In this document: positions 19,859 to 30,282 of the stretch, in pieces
How positions within the stretch are numbered: the stretch's first letter is position 1
Layout of the letters: each line of letters begins with the position of its first letter
IMG/VR virus record: IMGVR_UViG_3300048502_000015
Span: 1 to 64,000 of that record
DNA length: 64,000 nucleotides
Strand: one strand, 5' to 3'
Source of the DNA: a virus
Lineage: Duplodnaviria; Caudoviricetes
The notes under the pieces: generated by a model
Databases searched by the model: none
What the model saw: the letters and a program-made list of their open reading frames with translations, nothing else
What the model was told of the DNA's origin: nothing
Made by a program: the position numbers and the translations under genes

Positions 19859-21079
19859 TTACACTTTTTGTTCGTCGTAATACGTATGCAAATCTTTCAA
19901 CGGTCCTACATTGAATTGTAGACCAGGATGTTCTATTTGTACAGGCTCAGGGGAATGAGCAACTGTGATATGAGGTTTATAGCCACCTTCAAATCTAGAT
20001 ACAGGGAGTCCACGAGCCTCGGCTTCATTCATCAAGGCTTCTGTATGCTTAATTAGATCATCATTATGGACACGCACCACAATGGGATGAGGTTTTTCGT
20101 CTTCCATTGGAGAAAATGCATCTACGCTTTGAGTAGATACAGGATAAGTTAATCCGCTGCGTTCTTGTACCCAACGCTGATGATCGGGATTAGAAAACCC
20201 ACTAGGACTATAAATCCCCGTAACATGATAACGCTCGGGAGGAGCAAGCTTAGTCCCCTCAGGCCATTGTTGATTCTGGGTCCATTCGTTGATCTGTTGT
20301 TTGGCTTCATCGGGAACCATGTAACTAGGAGCAAACCAATCCCCTGCCGATTTCTTAACGCTCGCAATATGAATTCCGGTTAGTTCTGAAATCTTCTCAA
20401 GCAATCCTCGTTTAGCTAGAAACTTGTACAACACATTCGATTCTGCAAAATCCCCTTTTCCTGCGGCCTGATCTCTTTGTCGTTTAGCATGGATCTGATG
20501 ATAGAATTGAACGGCCTTGTCTGGTTCATATCGTATCAACCTTTCAAGTTTGTCTGCCATCTGCAAAGCCCATGTATAGAATCCATTTTCCTCTTGCTCT
20601 ACATTATGAGCACGAGAATGCTCAGGTGGAACAAACCATTTATCTTCATCTAAACTATAGGCTGATCTTAGTCCCGGCTTGTATAAATCTTCTGGCTTGA
20701 TATCATGGGCCACTACGAAATTCTGAAGCGGAAATGATGTTCCTGGAAGATTCTTGCCGTCAAGATTTCCGACCATAACACCAATCATCTCGGCGCGACT
20801 CCATTCGGGAAAACGCTTTGAATCTACAAATAATGAAACGTCTACATCAGAATCCTGTCCATATTGATATGTCGTAAGAGAACCCGTTAAATACAAGGTT
20901 AGCCATGTTTCAGAATCAGTATATCCAGCCTGTTTTAAGGTCTGATAAACCTCTCGAATAATCCAGTTACGATGCTGAAGCTTTAGTTTTGGCTCAGGGG
21001 ATTCGGGATCATCGAAAACGAGCGGTGATAAACCGGCATGAATAGGATCTAGGATATTCGACCGTTTAGACTTGGCCAT
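19859..21079 (-). CDS. Pol-beta-type nucleotidyltransferase fused to 2H phosphoesterase
   Basis: LTGS..SDVDV (GS + DxD); two HxT motifs YHVT and PHIT; start revised to MAKSK. Confidence 0.8.
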   Translation of the reverse strand: MAKSKRSNILDPIHAGLSPLVFDDPESPEPKLKLQHRNWIIREVYQTLKQAGYTDSETWLTLYLTGSLTTYQYGQDSDVDVSLFVDSKRFPEWSRAEMIGVMVGNLDGKNLPGTSFPLQNFVVAHDIKPEDLYKPGLRSAYSLDEDKWFVPPEHSRAHNVEQEENGFYTWALQMADKLERLIRYEPDKAVQFYHQIHAKRQRDQAAGKGDFAESNVLYKFLAKRGLLEKISELTGIHIASVKKSAGDWFAPSYMVPDEAKQQINEWTQNQQWPEGTKLAPPERYHVTGIYSPSGFSNPDHQRWVQERSGLTYPVSTQSVDAFSPMEDEKPHPIVVRVHNDDLIKHTEALMNEAEARGLPVSRFEGGYKPHITVAHSPEPVQIEHPGLQFNVGPLKDLHTYYDEQKV

Positions 21080-24000
21080 TGTGGTACTCCATCGCGCGCT
21101 GAAGCAGCGTATCTCTGTCGTTGAGAGTCGGGTCGTCCACAACGTCGTTGGTCAGATTTCTGAGCACGGCTCCCAGACCAGCACCCTGAGGAATGCCCAG
21201 ATTGATTAGGTCATTTCCATTCACGGCGATAGCAGATTGTTGAGTAGGATCTTGAGCCGAACGAGATTGCTCGACAAGTCCTCGCATTTGATCAACGTCG
21301 CCATCCCAAGGATTCTTCTTTCCTCCGGCATCAGCTTCTCGAAGAGTTAGAAGATCGTCCGCATTATCCCCTACTTTGTTAAGGAACTTGCGTGCGCCCT
21401 TAGAAGAATTGAAGTGAGGGAACATGTGCATTGCAACGAGAGACTGAATTCTACGGATTCTAGATACAGGATAATGAAGGTTTCTCAGATTGTCTTCAAC
21501 CATTTGGGAGCCAAGGATTTCGTGATCTGCCCCTTGGCCTTCGGCATTCTGGTAGTAATGATTGTATCCATCGGGTCCCGTCCAAGCCGAATTTGGCTTG
21601 CCGATATCATGGAGAAGAGCAGCCAGTCTAAGATCGGGATCAGAAGAATTCTGACTTACATGATCAAGAACGTTTAGAGAATGATCTCCAAGGGTCATTG
21701 AATGATGCTTGTTATTTTGGTCGAAGTCGAAGTTATGAGCTAGCTCAGGGAATAGATGATGAAGAACTCCAGTATCCTGAGCTAGACGAATAGCCCCGGC
21801 AGGATTAGGAGACTGGAATAGCTTATCCAGTTCTTTGTTGATTGCATCAGGCGATTCTCCTCCAAGTTTAGCGGAGTTGTCAATCATCTCTTGGCGAGTT
21901 CTTTCATCCGGAATGAGTCCATGACGAGATGAGGCCACAAGAGCACGAACAAGCCGAGTAGGGTCTTCCTCAAATGAAGACGGATGAGTTGTTCTGAGAG
22001 TAGAACGCTCAATGTCTTTTGCCCCACCAAATGGGTCGATAAGCTTTCCATTATCGAGATTGACGGCCATCGAGTTAACCGTAAAGTCTCTGCGCTCAAG
22101 GTCTTTTTCAACAGGAAGAGTATGATCGACGGTGATCTGTCCTTCTCCTCTGCGCCCGGATTCATACTTGTCTTGTCTCGGAAGAGCAATCTCTACTTCT
22201 GCTCCATGAGTCTTATAGCGATAGACGCCAAACTTCTTTCCGGTAAGATTAACCGAACCCTTAAGCTGGGATAGAGCGTGTTCAACCTCTTCTGGCGGAA
22301 TGCCAGAAACCATAAGGTCGATATCCTTAGGCTCGCGCTGGAGAAGGGCATCTCTTACTGCACCACCAACGACGTAGACCTGTCCACCAGCAGCCTTAAG
22401 GGTACGATAAGCCGACCAAGCAGCCGGGTCCGTAGCTGTCATTGTACGAATGTACTGACCTACGCTTTGCGAGGTAGCAAGTTTTGTCGTATTTCCTGTT
22501 GGGTCTTTGAGTTCCACGCTTGTTACTTCCATCTGAGGATGGCTATAATACCAGAGTTGAATTAAATGTCGCACAGAATATGGCTGATCCGTCATATTCT
22601 GAACGGTTACCTTACCTCCGGGAGCGTAGTATCCTTCTACGATTCCCCCTGGGGTAAACTGGCCGATGATTTCAGATGTTTTAGTTCCTGGATGTCCAAT
22701 TGTAATTGTATCATGCTGAACGTCGAAGATGAAAGGAATATCCGCTTCGATCATATCCTTAGGCATTTTCCCTGCCGCATGAACATACCTCTGCCCTTTG
22801 ACATTGACGAATCCTAAGCGAGTCATTAACCTCGCTCCCTCTTCTGAACCAGCATGAGAATAAACGCCCGGATGATACTCAAGGATCTTCTTGCCCATTG
22901 CATATCCGAGTCCTCTACCAGGAACGGCATTGATCATTACGATTTCTGTTTGATCTCCATCTGGACGAACGCAAGCATATCCAAGAAGCTCCCCATTATC
23001 ATAGCCCCCGTAAAAAACTAGACCGTCATCCCTATCAAATCCCCAAAGGGATGAATACAAGTCAAACCCCTCGACGTTGGTGGCCTCACGGAAGGATGCA
23101 AGCGGGACAGCAGTTGGCCGAGAATCATGTCGTCTAGCAGGAAGCGGATCTTCTAGGTTTCCCGGAACTGGGAAATGCCCATCTTCAATTGGATCGACGC
23201 CGGGATGATGGTTCTGTACATGAAGCATGTATTCCCCAAATGTATCTAGGGGAATGTGGCAAGAAGGACATTCAAAGTTTGTATCCGGCTCTGGATTTTC
23301 CTCTTCCTTAGGTTTCCAATCCGGGTCCCAGCGATCAAAAGTCTCAAGAGTTTCGTCCTTCTTGATCTTGTCGTTGAAGTCTGTTTCTGTGCCAGGATAC
23401 TCGGCTAGTTTGTATCCGAAATCCTTTGCCCAATCTTCTAATCCTCCCAAAAAGGGTTCTTGCTCATACCCGCTGGAGGAAAGGTCATTAGCAGCATTGT
23501 AGCGTACCGTTGCATTAGTTCCTTCAATTTCAATAGTTCCTGCGAATCTTCTAAGTGGTCTTTCGGAAAGTACCAAACCCTTGTCCCACGCAAAATACAT
23601 TGTTCTTTGAGGGCCGAATGAAGATTGGACATTGTTTCCGAATCCGTCAAACTTCCATCCCACCGACTTCCCGTAATCGGAAAAGATTCGGCTGAGTCCT
23701 CGGAGAGCCATATTGCTCTGGACGTTCCATTTAGCTCGTCCCCCAGTAACACTAATCGTTCCGGTAGCGATGGGTCCGTTATGATCTTCAGGGGTCCCAG
23801 ATAGCGCTCGGAGTTGGTCGGTAGAGTGTATCGGAGAGACATGAAGTTGTCCCTGTCCGTAGAAAAATTGGAATTGCTTTGTGTCACTGTCATTTTCGTT
23901 TACCCATGGTTCATCGTGTAGATATTTGTTGTTCATATCCTCAATCGCTTGAGGAGTAGAACCGGGATATGCAGTTGGCCCCATGAGATCTGCCGTTTTA

Positions 24001-24398
24001 CGACCGGCTAGGATATCATCTGCCCTTTTAGCAAACAGTTTAGCACGCGGAGTATCTGGCGTGTTAGTTTTTACTCGAAGATCTTTGAAGAGTTTATGAG
24101 AAGTTCTTTTGAATAGAACCGGCCCAGGATTCTTTCCGGAAGGATGAGCATCTCCAGTGAGATCCACCGCATGAGTCTTATCCGGAGAAACCCAAAAGTA
24201 ATGACCATTCTTGATTCCGACATATCCTCCCCAATGCTTAGTTAACCATTTTGAAACTACGTAGCAATGACCATGACTTAGATTCGGATGGCCAGCGAAC
24301 TTCTCGTGGCGCGTATCGTCCCCGAAAGCTTGCTCGGCAGCATTTCGATAAGTAAGAAGTTTGTCTTGGCTTAAGCTAGTAGGATCAAAATCTGACAT
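21066..24398 (-). CDS. cca: polyvalent protein: papain-like domain, C2H2 Zn, GNAT, class II CCA-adding enzyme + HD domain
   Basis: VVGGAVRD..KDIDL..DLERRDFTVN..EDPTRLVRA..LLHDIGK; N-term GHC..HYF..VDLT; GRGLG..RLGF. Confidence 0.88.
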   Translation of the reverse strand: MSDFDPTSLSQDKLLTYRNAAEQAFGDDTRHEKFAGHPNLSHGHCYVVSKWLTKHWGGYVGIKNGHYFWVSPDKTHAVDLTGDAHPSGKNPGPVLFKRTSHKLFKDLRVKTNTPDTPRAKLFAKRADDILAGRKTADLMGPTAYPGSTPQAIEDMNNKYLHDEPWVNENDSDTKQFQFFYGQGQLHVSPIHSTDQLRALSGTPEDHNGPIATGTISVTGGRAKWNVQSNMALRGLSRIFSDYGKSVGWKFDGFGNNVQSSFGPQRTMYFAWDKGLVLSERPLRRFAGTIEIEGTNATVRYNAANDLSSSGYEQEPFLGGLEDWAKDFGYKLAEYPGTETDFNDKIKKDETLETFDRWDPDWKPKEEENPEPDTNFECPSCHIPLDTFGEYMLHVQNHHPGVDPIEDGHFPVPGNLEDPLPARRHDSRPTAVPLASFREATNVEGFDLYSSLWGFDRDDGLVFYGGYDNGELLGYACVRPDGDQTEIVMINAVPGRGLGYAMGKKILEYHPGVYSHAGSEEGARLMTRLGFVNVKGQRYVHAAGKMPKDMIEADIPFIFDVQHDTITIGHPGTKTSEIIGQFTPGGIVEGYYAPGGKVTVQNMTDQPYSVRHLIQLWYYSHPQMEVTSVELKDPTGNTTKLATSQSVGQYIRTMTATDPAAWSAYRTLKAAGGQVYVVGGAVRDALLQREPKDIDLMVSGIPPEEVEHALSQLKGSVNLTGKKFGVYRYKTHGAEVEIALPRQDKYESGRRGEGQITVDHTLPVEKDLERRDFTVNSMAVNLDNGKLIDPFGGAKDIERSTLRTTHPSSFEEDPTRLVRALVASSRHGLIPDERTRQEMIDNSAKLGGESPDAINKELDKLFQSPNPAGAIRLAQDTGVLHHLFPELAHNFDFDQNNKHHSMTLGDHSLNVLDHVSQNSSDPDLRLAALLHDIGKPNSAWTGPDGYNHYYQNAEGQGADHEILGSQMVEDNLRNLHYPVSRIRRIQSLVAMHMFPHFNSSKGARKFLNKVGDNADDLLTLREADAGGKKNPWDGDVDQMRGLVEQSRSAQDPTQQSAIAVNGNDLINLGIPQGAGLGAVLRNLTNDVVDDPTLNDRDTLLQRAMEYHNGQV

Positions 24399-24414
24399 TC
24401 CATATATTAAGTAT

Positions 24415-25224
24415 CTAGAAAGGCATATCGGGATGGGTTGCGCCGAATCCAGCCGACTCCGGAACTCCCTCGGTTACCCCAACAGGAGAAGGATTTGTGG
24501 GGTCCATGTACGGGTTGTGGAATGGTACTTCGGCCACCAAATGTTCGGCATTGACGGATCGGAAAGTCTTTACTCCATCAGGCATTTCCTTGACGTAGAT
24601 ATCAGCGAAATTAGTGCGAAAATTCAACAGAACCAACAAACCCAAGACACCCTTGACTCCCAACTTAGCCGCGTGCTCATCCTTAGCGCTCTTTGTTGTA
24701 ATATCTCCAGGAATCCAACGGTGGTTCTTTGTATCCATCGACAGAGTTTTAACTTCAATTCCCCAATCGGTAGTTGCCCCATCGAGAGGAGAGTTGCTTC
24801 CAATCCCTCCTGGATGCCACCAAACAATTTTTCCATAGCCAGGAATCTCCCCAAGATTTCGAACAAGGTTCTCTCCAATCTCACCAATCTCTCCTACGGA
24901 GAGTCCAGAAATTGATGTTCCTCCACTTTGGTAATTTCCTGGTTCACGACTTTGTTCCCAATTGTGGGCTGCGACTTCCTCAGGGACGCCTAATGCAGGA
25001 AGCTCGTGAAGCAGGTTGTACGAGTGATAGCATACTGGACAAGTGTAGTAGCCGTCTGCTGATTCGGCTACCTTTGTTTGAGCCTCGGGACTAATCCAAA
25101 AGGGACAAGGAACTCCCGATGACCTATAGGATTGGGTATAGCAATGGACATATCCCTCCTTTTCAATAAGGGCCTCCGTCGTTGGGTCGGTTGCTTTAAT
25201 CCCGTCTTGTAACGTCAGAATCAT
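24415..25224 (-). CDS. Zn-ribbon + PD-(D/E)XK nuclease-like protein
   Basis: GEIGE..PLDG..IEVKT. Confidence 0.65.
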   Translation of the reverse strand: MILTLQDGIKATDPTTEALIEKEGYVHCYTQSYRSSGVPCPFWISPEAQTKVAESADGYYTCPVCYHSYNLLHELPALGVPEEVAAHNWEQSREPGNYQSGGTSISGLSVGEIGEIGENLVRNLGEIPGYGKIVWWHPGGIGSNSPLDGATTDWGIEVKTLSMDTKNHRWIPGDITTKSAKDEHAAKLGVKGVLGLLVLLNFRTNFADIYVKEMPDGVKTFRSVNAEHLVAEVPFHNPYMDPTNPSPVGVTEGVPESAGFGATHPDMPF

Positions 25225-25414
25225 TGGTTACCTTATAGTTTGGCATAACGTCGCCGTCGCAGAATGGGCAGAAGCTAATAACGTGGCGATAGCGAATTGT
25301 ACGAAGAGGAAGGGCAACCAATTTCATTGGCCACATATCTCTTCTTTCCCATCTACCCTTGCAATTTGGACAAACTTCTCCGGCCTTAGGAAATGGGTTA
25401 ATCTTTGTCGGCAT
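25196..25414 (-). CDS. small Zn-ribbon protein
   Basis: CPNC..CPFCD. Confidence 0.6.
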   Translation of the reverse strand: MPTKINPFPKAGEVCPNCKGRWERRDMWPMKLVALPLRTIRYRHVISFCPFCDGDVMPNYKVTNDSDVTRRD

Positions 25415-25982
25415 CTAAGATTTCTCTTGTAAGAGTGTCAAAGTTGTGGGCATTCAGATAAGAAACCTGACAATTCAGAACGTATTCTAATTTGGGGTCC
25501 TTGGCAAGCCGGATGATAGTAGGGGCAACAACTCCCTCTTGTTCTTGAAGGGCTATGATAAGGATGGCATCGTTATCCGCCACTACCTCGAAGGCCCGCC
25601 GAACCTTTGCGGCGTGATCATTATCTGGTTCCTCAATCTCTTCCCCAACCTCTTCGGTCTTCCCAGAAAATAGCTGAGAGATACTGGAGGCAAATGTATT
25701 TGCCGCCTCTTGAATGAGTTCTTCTTTAGTCTTTTCCATGCTCTTCTCCACTATATCGAAATGTGATTCGTAAGTCCAACAATCTTCTAAGCCGTTAAAG
25801 GCCCAGTGGTTCTTGTCCCACTCCATAAACACCTGGGGATAACCAAATTTGTCATCGCGTCGTCTACGACGAACCCATCCTTGATTTCCAGAACAAGCGA
25901 GTCCGCCATAAAGTGATCCATCAACCGTGTCCTTAAGTTTAACCTTTGAGTTAACCGGGATCTGAAATTCGATTTGGTCCAT
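25398..25982 (-). CDS. hypothetical protein
   Basis: coupled ORF. Confidence 0.7.
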   Translation of the reverse strand: MDQIEFQIPVNSKVKLKDTVDGSLYGGLACSGNQGWVRRRRRDDKFGYPQVFMEWDKNHWAFNGLEDCWTYESHFDIVEKSMEKTKEELIQEAANTFASSISQLFSGKTEEVGEEIEEPDNDHAAKVRRAFEVVADNDAILIIALQEQEGVVAPTIIRLAKDPKLEYVLNCQVSYLNAHNFDTLTREILDADKD

Positions 25983-26580
25983 TTAATCCTCTTTCGGCTA
26001 GGAGTCGTGTAATATTTGAACGTGCTTGATCTTCATATATTTCGTAAGCGACATCCGTTTTAAATATGCGATCCAAGTTCAAAAATCCCTGGAGGATTCG
26101 GTTACTGCCTTCGATAAAGTCGTTTTCGGAAACATTTCGATATTCTCGCCGGATATCAGCGTTATTCTTCTGAAACTGCTCCCACGGCACACCGAGTCTA
26201 AGGAGATCGGCATCAAGGAAATACGACAAATCATTTGTTTCTGCGTCAAGAAGAATTACATCTGGTTCAGGCTCGTGATCAATTGTTGCACGAATATACG
26301 TGGCAACCAACGAAGCTCTAAAACCACCTAAAATTGGTTGTAATTCATATCCAGCAAGGTGGGAGCTTAAAACTTCATTTACGCTATGAGGGGCACCAGG
26401 AACATAAATCGCATCATGATATATGGTAGCCCAAATTATAACCTCCGGATCACTTTGATCACCATAATACTCGCGTAAGAAATCGAGCATTTCGACTACG
26501 TGAGCTTGATTGTGATAGTGTCTCCATGGCTCATTGTATCGTAGAACCATTGCTCTTGTTAGGATCTCTTCGAGCACCAT
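25951..26580 (-). CDS. HD-superfamily phosphohydrolase
   Basis: RHYHNQAH..YHDAIY..FLDADL..IRREY. Confidence 0.85.
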   Translation of the reverse strand: MVLEEILTRAMVLRYNEPWRHYHNQAHVVEMLDFLREYYGDQSDPEVIIWATIYHDAIYVPGAPHSVNEVLSSHLAGYELQPILGGFRASLVATYIRATIDHEPEPDVILLDAETNDLSYFLDADLLRLGVPWEQFQKNNADIRREYRNVSENDFIEGSNRILQGFLNLDRIFKTDVAYEIYEDQARSNITRLLAERGLNGPNRISDPG

Positions 26581-26746
26581 TAGAAATCGAACTCCGGAAT
26601 ATCGTCATCCCCAAGGAGGACATCCCTTAAATCTGCCGGGATATTCTTCTGTTTCTTGCTGTGCTCGTCCATGATCTTAGCAAAGCGGGCATCCATATCC
26701 CTAATGAATTCGGGATCGAAATCATCTTCCCATGCTCGTGCAGTAT

Positions 26747-27211
26747 TCATTGAACCTCCTTGATGTAAGTAACGCTGTCATAAGTCTCGTTTGGAAGATC
26801 GACCAGCATCTTCTCGTACTTCTTAATCATTGTGGCCATTGCGTCATCTGGGACAGGGACTTCTCTCGCAGCATTGCGGAGAACGGCCTGCTCAGGATTA
26901 GCAAATACTATAGCATGAATCTCGACTTTGTGATCCTTGGCCACTTCCCAAAGTCGTTCTCTAGCTCCCTGGGATAGAGCGGTTGAGTCCGCTACGGCAA
27001 TAGCGTAGCCACAACAAAAACGAGAACAAATTCGTAAATGAAAAATCTCAAAGACCTTATCGTTGAAATCCTGGTTATATGGATCTCCGTGAAGTTCTTT
27101 GCGGATCTCATCGGATGCCACTACAGCGGTTGGAAACCAACGCTCGGCAAACGTACTTTTGCCGCAACCCGGAATGCCAACCAGCATGATAAGTTTTGGT
27201 GTTGGTGCCAT
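26747..27211 (-). CDS. polynucleotide kinase-like P-loop protein
   Basis: GIPGCGKST..SDEIR..DST..R; leaderless promoter at 27218-27226. Confidence 0.85.
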   Translation of the reverse strand: MAPTPKLIMLVGIPGCGKSTFAERWFPTAVVASDEIRKELHGDPYNQDFNDKVFEIFHLRICSRFCCGYAIAVADSTALSQGARERLWEVAKDHKVEIHAIVFANPEQAVLRNAAREVPVPDDAMATMIKKYEKMLVDLPNETYDSVTYIKEVQ

Positions 27212-27250
27212 TGTTAAAGTATAGCAGATTTACGCGCGAGAGACAGAAAA

Positions 27251-27487
27251 CTACTTCAAATAAGCATAAACCGAATCTCGAAGCTCAAGGATATCGCTAT
27301 CTGCTTCGCCAAAATTTGGATCGTCCAGCATATGATACCACTCTTCTAGGTCGGCTTTAGCTACCGAGATCGTATTTGTATTATCAACCGGCTCTTTGGC
27401 CAATTTCAACTCTTGAGAAATCTTCTCTAACCGCTCTGCCGTCCTTCGGGGATCAGGGCTGAAGAAACTGTTTTCCGGAAACGACAT
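27251..27487 (-). CDS. hypothetical protein
   Basis: coupled ORF. Confidence 0.6.
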   Translation of the reverse strand: MSFPENSFFSPDPRRTAERLEKISQELKLAKEPVDNTNTISVAKADLEEWYHMLDDPNFGEADSDILELRDSVYAYLK

Positions 27488-28242
27488 TATGACTCCAACG
27501 GAAGATGAGGAGATTCGGGCAATAGTCCTTTACGGACCAGCCATGCTGACAATCCGCTCCACGTTGGACTGAGAAAAATATCCTCAAGGTCTGTTAAGGC
27601 CCGATTATATTCATACATCAAGCTAAGACCCCAACGATGGTCACCCTTCCAAGAAGGATCATGTACAAACTCAACTAGAGTTCGAGGACGGTCATCAATG
27701 ATATACTGGCACTCCTTTAGGAAAGGAATCTTCGATTCCATTTGACAATGGACTTCTACGCCAGCATGGATTGGAAATCCGCTATTCTCTAACCATTCCC
27801 GAGTTGCTGCTGCGGCATCGGGACTACGATTTGAAAGATATTTCAAACCAAAGCCTTCAGAATGAAGAGCCTGGAGAGTTTCTACTGCCCCAGGAAACGG
27901 CTTCTGTCGAAGGATGACTTCGGGCTGGTGACACATCTGAATAACGTCCATCCAGATATCAATTCCACATACGTCGGCAGGAGAACGCCATTCTACCCAA
28001 GATGTATACGCGCCTCGGAGATAGTCCCTATCGCCAGTCTCGTCCGCAAGTTTGAGAAACGCTTCTCTTGCAGCCGTTTCGAACGAGTAGAGAATCGAAT
28101 CGATGTCGATAGCAAACTGCGGCTTCTGATCCCTCACAGCGTACAAATGCGGTTGACGAATCTTATGAGAGGAGTTTGTTAAGATGGACTCGAAGGGATT
28201 CTTTGAGATCGGCAATGCTTCCATCGTTAATGATTGTGACAT
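27487..28242 (-). CDS. HAD 5'(3')-nucleotidase-like protein (start uncertain)
   Basis: IDIDSIL..PFPGA..IIDD..YN. Confidence 0.8.
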   Translation of the reverse strand: MSQSLTMEALPISKNPFESILTNSSHKIRQPHLYAVRDQKPQFAIDIDSILYSFETAAREAFLKLADETGDRDYLRGAYTSWVEWRSPADVCGIDIWMDVIQMCHQPEVILRQKPFPGAVETLQALHSEGFGLKYLSNRSPDAAAATREWLENSGFPIHAGVEVHCQMESKIPFLKECQYIIDDRPRTLVEFVHDPSWKGDHRWGLSLMYEYNRALTDLEDIFLSPTWSGLSAWLVRKGLLPESPHLPLES

Positions 28243-28807
28243 CTATTAATTCCTCTGGCAATCGTTTTTCTGATGCGTGAGCATCCTCTTTTAGTGTAGC
28301 AGACGGTCTTTGGATTTCCCAAACTTTTCCTCCGGCGAATCTTACTGCCTCCGCTTCATTTTGGAAGCGGCAATCAGTAATGACAAGGATCGGGTTAAAT
28401 CCGTCTTGAACCAATTCGGCCAAGTCCTTACGACCATAGTAGTGGTCATCAAAAGAAGGGATTACAGCATTGATCCAGAAGTCCTGATCGAAGACATCTC
28501 GATGGGCCTCTGTCCCATAGAACTGGAGATACTCTCGACCCGTAATTATATGAGAAGGACCATCATCATTCTCGTAATAAACGGCAATTTTGCCATGCTC
28601 TTTTAGCTGATTTGCAATAGCTACGGCTTCGGCTATGGAATCTGAATCATCAAGTCCCAAAGCAGCTACAGCACTCTTCTTCAAACGATCAGCAAATGCA
28701 TCTCTAACGGCCACAAGCATTCCAGGATCTTCTTCACAAAGCTCTTTGATCAAAGCGTATGAGGTATCTTTACCGCTTTCGAGTTTTCCGTTCAATCCGA
28801 TGATCAC
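28163..28807 (-). CDS. deoxynucleoside monophosphate kinase
   Basis: IIGLNGKLESGKDT..FAD..REYLQFYGTE..DCRFQNE..HASE. Confidence 0.9.
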   Translation of the reverse strand: MIIGLNGKLESGKDTSYALIKELCEEDPGMLVAVRDAFADRLKKSAVAALGLDDSDSIAEAVAIANQLKEHGKIAVYYENDDGPSHIITGREYLQFYGTEAHRDVFDQDFWINAVIPSFDDHYYGRKDLAELVQDGFNPILVITDCRFQNEAEAVRFAGGKVWEIQRPSATLKEDAHASEKRLPEELIDVTIINDGSIADLKESLRVHLNKLLS

Positions 28808-29313
28808 GTTGTCTTCCTAAGAAGGTTGGTGTGTTCGTCCATATAAAATGGATAATAAGGTGGATCGAATCCGTCAATTGGCTCAGTCATAAATCCTAAT
28901 GCCGCGCGACGAGTAGGGAACATCTTAGCTCGTTGGGCTTCAACAACATTAGCTTTCTTTAAACCAATGGCATTCCATTCCGGATCACTAGAGTCGTTGA
29001 ATCCAAATGTAATACCTTCAGGATCATCCCGATAATCCCATACTCCCGAAATATATTGTGTGCCAGGAGGATTTAGTTCTCGGACAACAGCCTCTAAATG
29101 TTCACGAGGAACATTTGGTAATTTCTCTTGAAGTTCATCGGCTCTTTTCTTGTAGTCTTTCTCTAGTTCTTCGTGGTGTTCGGGAGAATCGTCCTCGAAG
29201 TACTCTGTTACCTCAAGGGCAAGGCCACAAGGATGGAAAAATCTACGATTAACCTCTTGTAAATATCCATCATCACAAAATACCTTAGTGTCTAAATACT
29301 TAATTGCCATCAT
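28804..29313 (-). CDS. phage hypothetical, paralog of 5891..6232
   Basis: shared motif. Confidence 0.75.
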   Translation of the reverse strand: MMAIKYLDTKVFCDDGYLQEVNRRFFHPCGLALEVTEYFEDDSPEHHEELEKDYKKRADELQEKLPNVPREHLEAVVRELNPPGTQYISGVWDYRDDPEGITFGFNDSSDPEWNAIGLKKANVVEAQRAKMFPTRRAALGFMTEPIDGFDPPYYPFYMDEHTNLLRKTT

Positions 29314-29475
29314 TTATCCCTTCAACTGGGACCATAAACCTTTTAACTATGTTGCCGCTCTTTGCAATTCTGGTTACTTCTTCGAATCCGCAATCCTGTC
29401 GAGCCGGATGCTTAGCTCCGCAATAGCGACACCACTTGACTGGGCCGATCTTACCAAAAGGTGTAAATGGGTGCA

Positions 29476-29721
29476 TTAGTACCTCGCATCAATTCGAATA
29501 TCTCGTTCTTCATTAAGAATCGGACTGATAGCCTCTTTCAATTCAAGGATCTTTCCAAGTTGAAATTCAAGAGCTTGGTCTTCCGTCCAGTCAGGCGGGA
29601 TAGTATATCGCTGAGATAGAGACATACTATAGCCCGAACTTTCCTTGCCGTATTCTGCAAGAGCAATCTTGCCGTCGCCGGAATAGTGGCAATTCACTTC
29701 AATAATCTGTGGTTCTGTCAT
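29476..29721 (-). CDS. hypothetical protein
   Basis: ORF. Confidence 0.6.
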   Translation of the reverse strand: MTEPQIIEVNCHYSGDGKIALAEYGKESSGYSMSLSQRYTIPPDWTEDQALEFQLGKILELKEAISPILNEERDIRIDARY

Positions 29722-29915
29722 TTAATCTTCTTTCTTGAAACTACTCTCATCGCATACAGTATAACAAACGGATACAAAGGTTTCTGCCACCATTTGTCAA
29801 TAACAGGGAAACATGATACCTTACAGGTTTGTCCGACACCAGGATGCCTATACTCGACTCGAAATCCGGCAGGCTTCCCTTTGCTAATTTTCCAACCCAT
29901 TAGATCACTTTCCAT
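29718..29915 (-). CDS. hypothetical protein
   Basis: coupled ORF. Confidence 0.5.
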   Translation of the reverse strand: MESDLMGWKISKGKPAGFRVEYRHPGVGQTCKVSCFPVIDKWWQKPLYPFVILYAMRVVSRKKIK

Positions 29916-30048
29916 AATCTTTTCGGATTTACGATATCTTCCTTCAAGCTTATCATAGATCCCTTCTCTGTTCTATCCGGAACCTTGACGGTCCAGAATA
30001 TTGTGCTGCCCTTCTGAAACTCAGAAGGAGCCGTTACCTGTACTAACT

Positions 30049-30282
30049 TCACGGGCTTAAAACGTCTTTTATGTTAACCCCTACATGAGTAACAACTACT
30101 TCTACATCCGGCGGAACAACCTTCCTAAATTCATCTCTTGTTTCCACTAATTGTTCTGGGCCTGGAATCCAAGGTTCCAATCCATCGCCCATCTCCATCC
30201 CTAACTGTATATGAACAATAGATCCACGACTAAGATTAGCCACGTTAATCGTCTTAACTAGCTTGTTCTTTCTCTTGAACAT
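30049..30282 (-). CDS. hypothetical; shares MGDGLxPWxPGPEQL with the portal
   Basis: MEMGDGLEPWIPGPEQL vs portal MDMGDGLPPWVPGPEQL. Confidence 0.7.
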   Translation of the reverse strand: MFKRKNKLVKTINVANLSRGSIVHIQLGMEMGDGLEPWIPGPEQLVETRDEFRKVVPPDVEVVVTHVGVNIKDVLSP

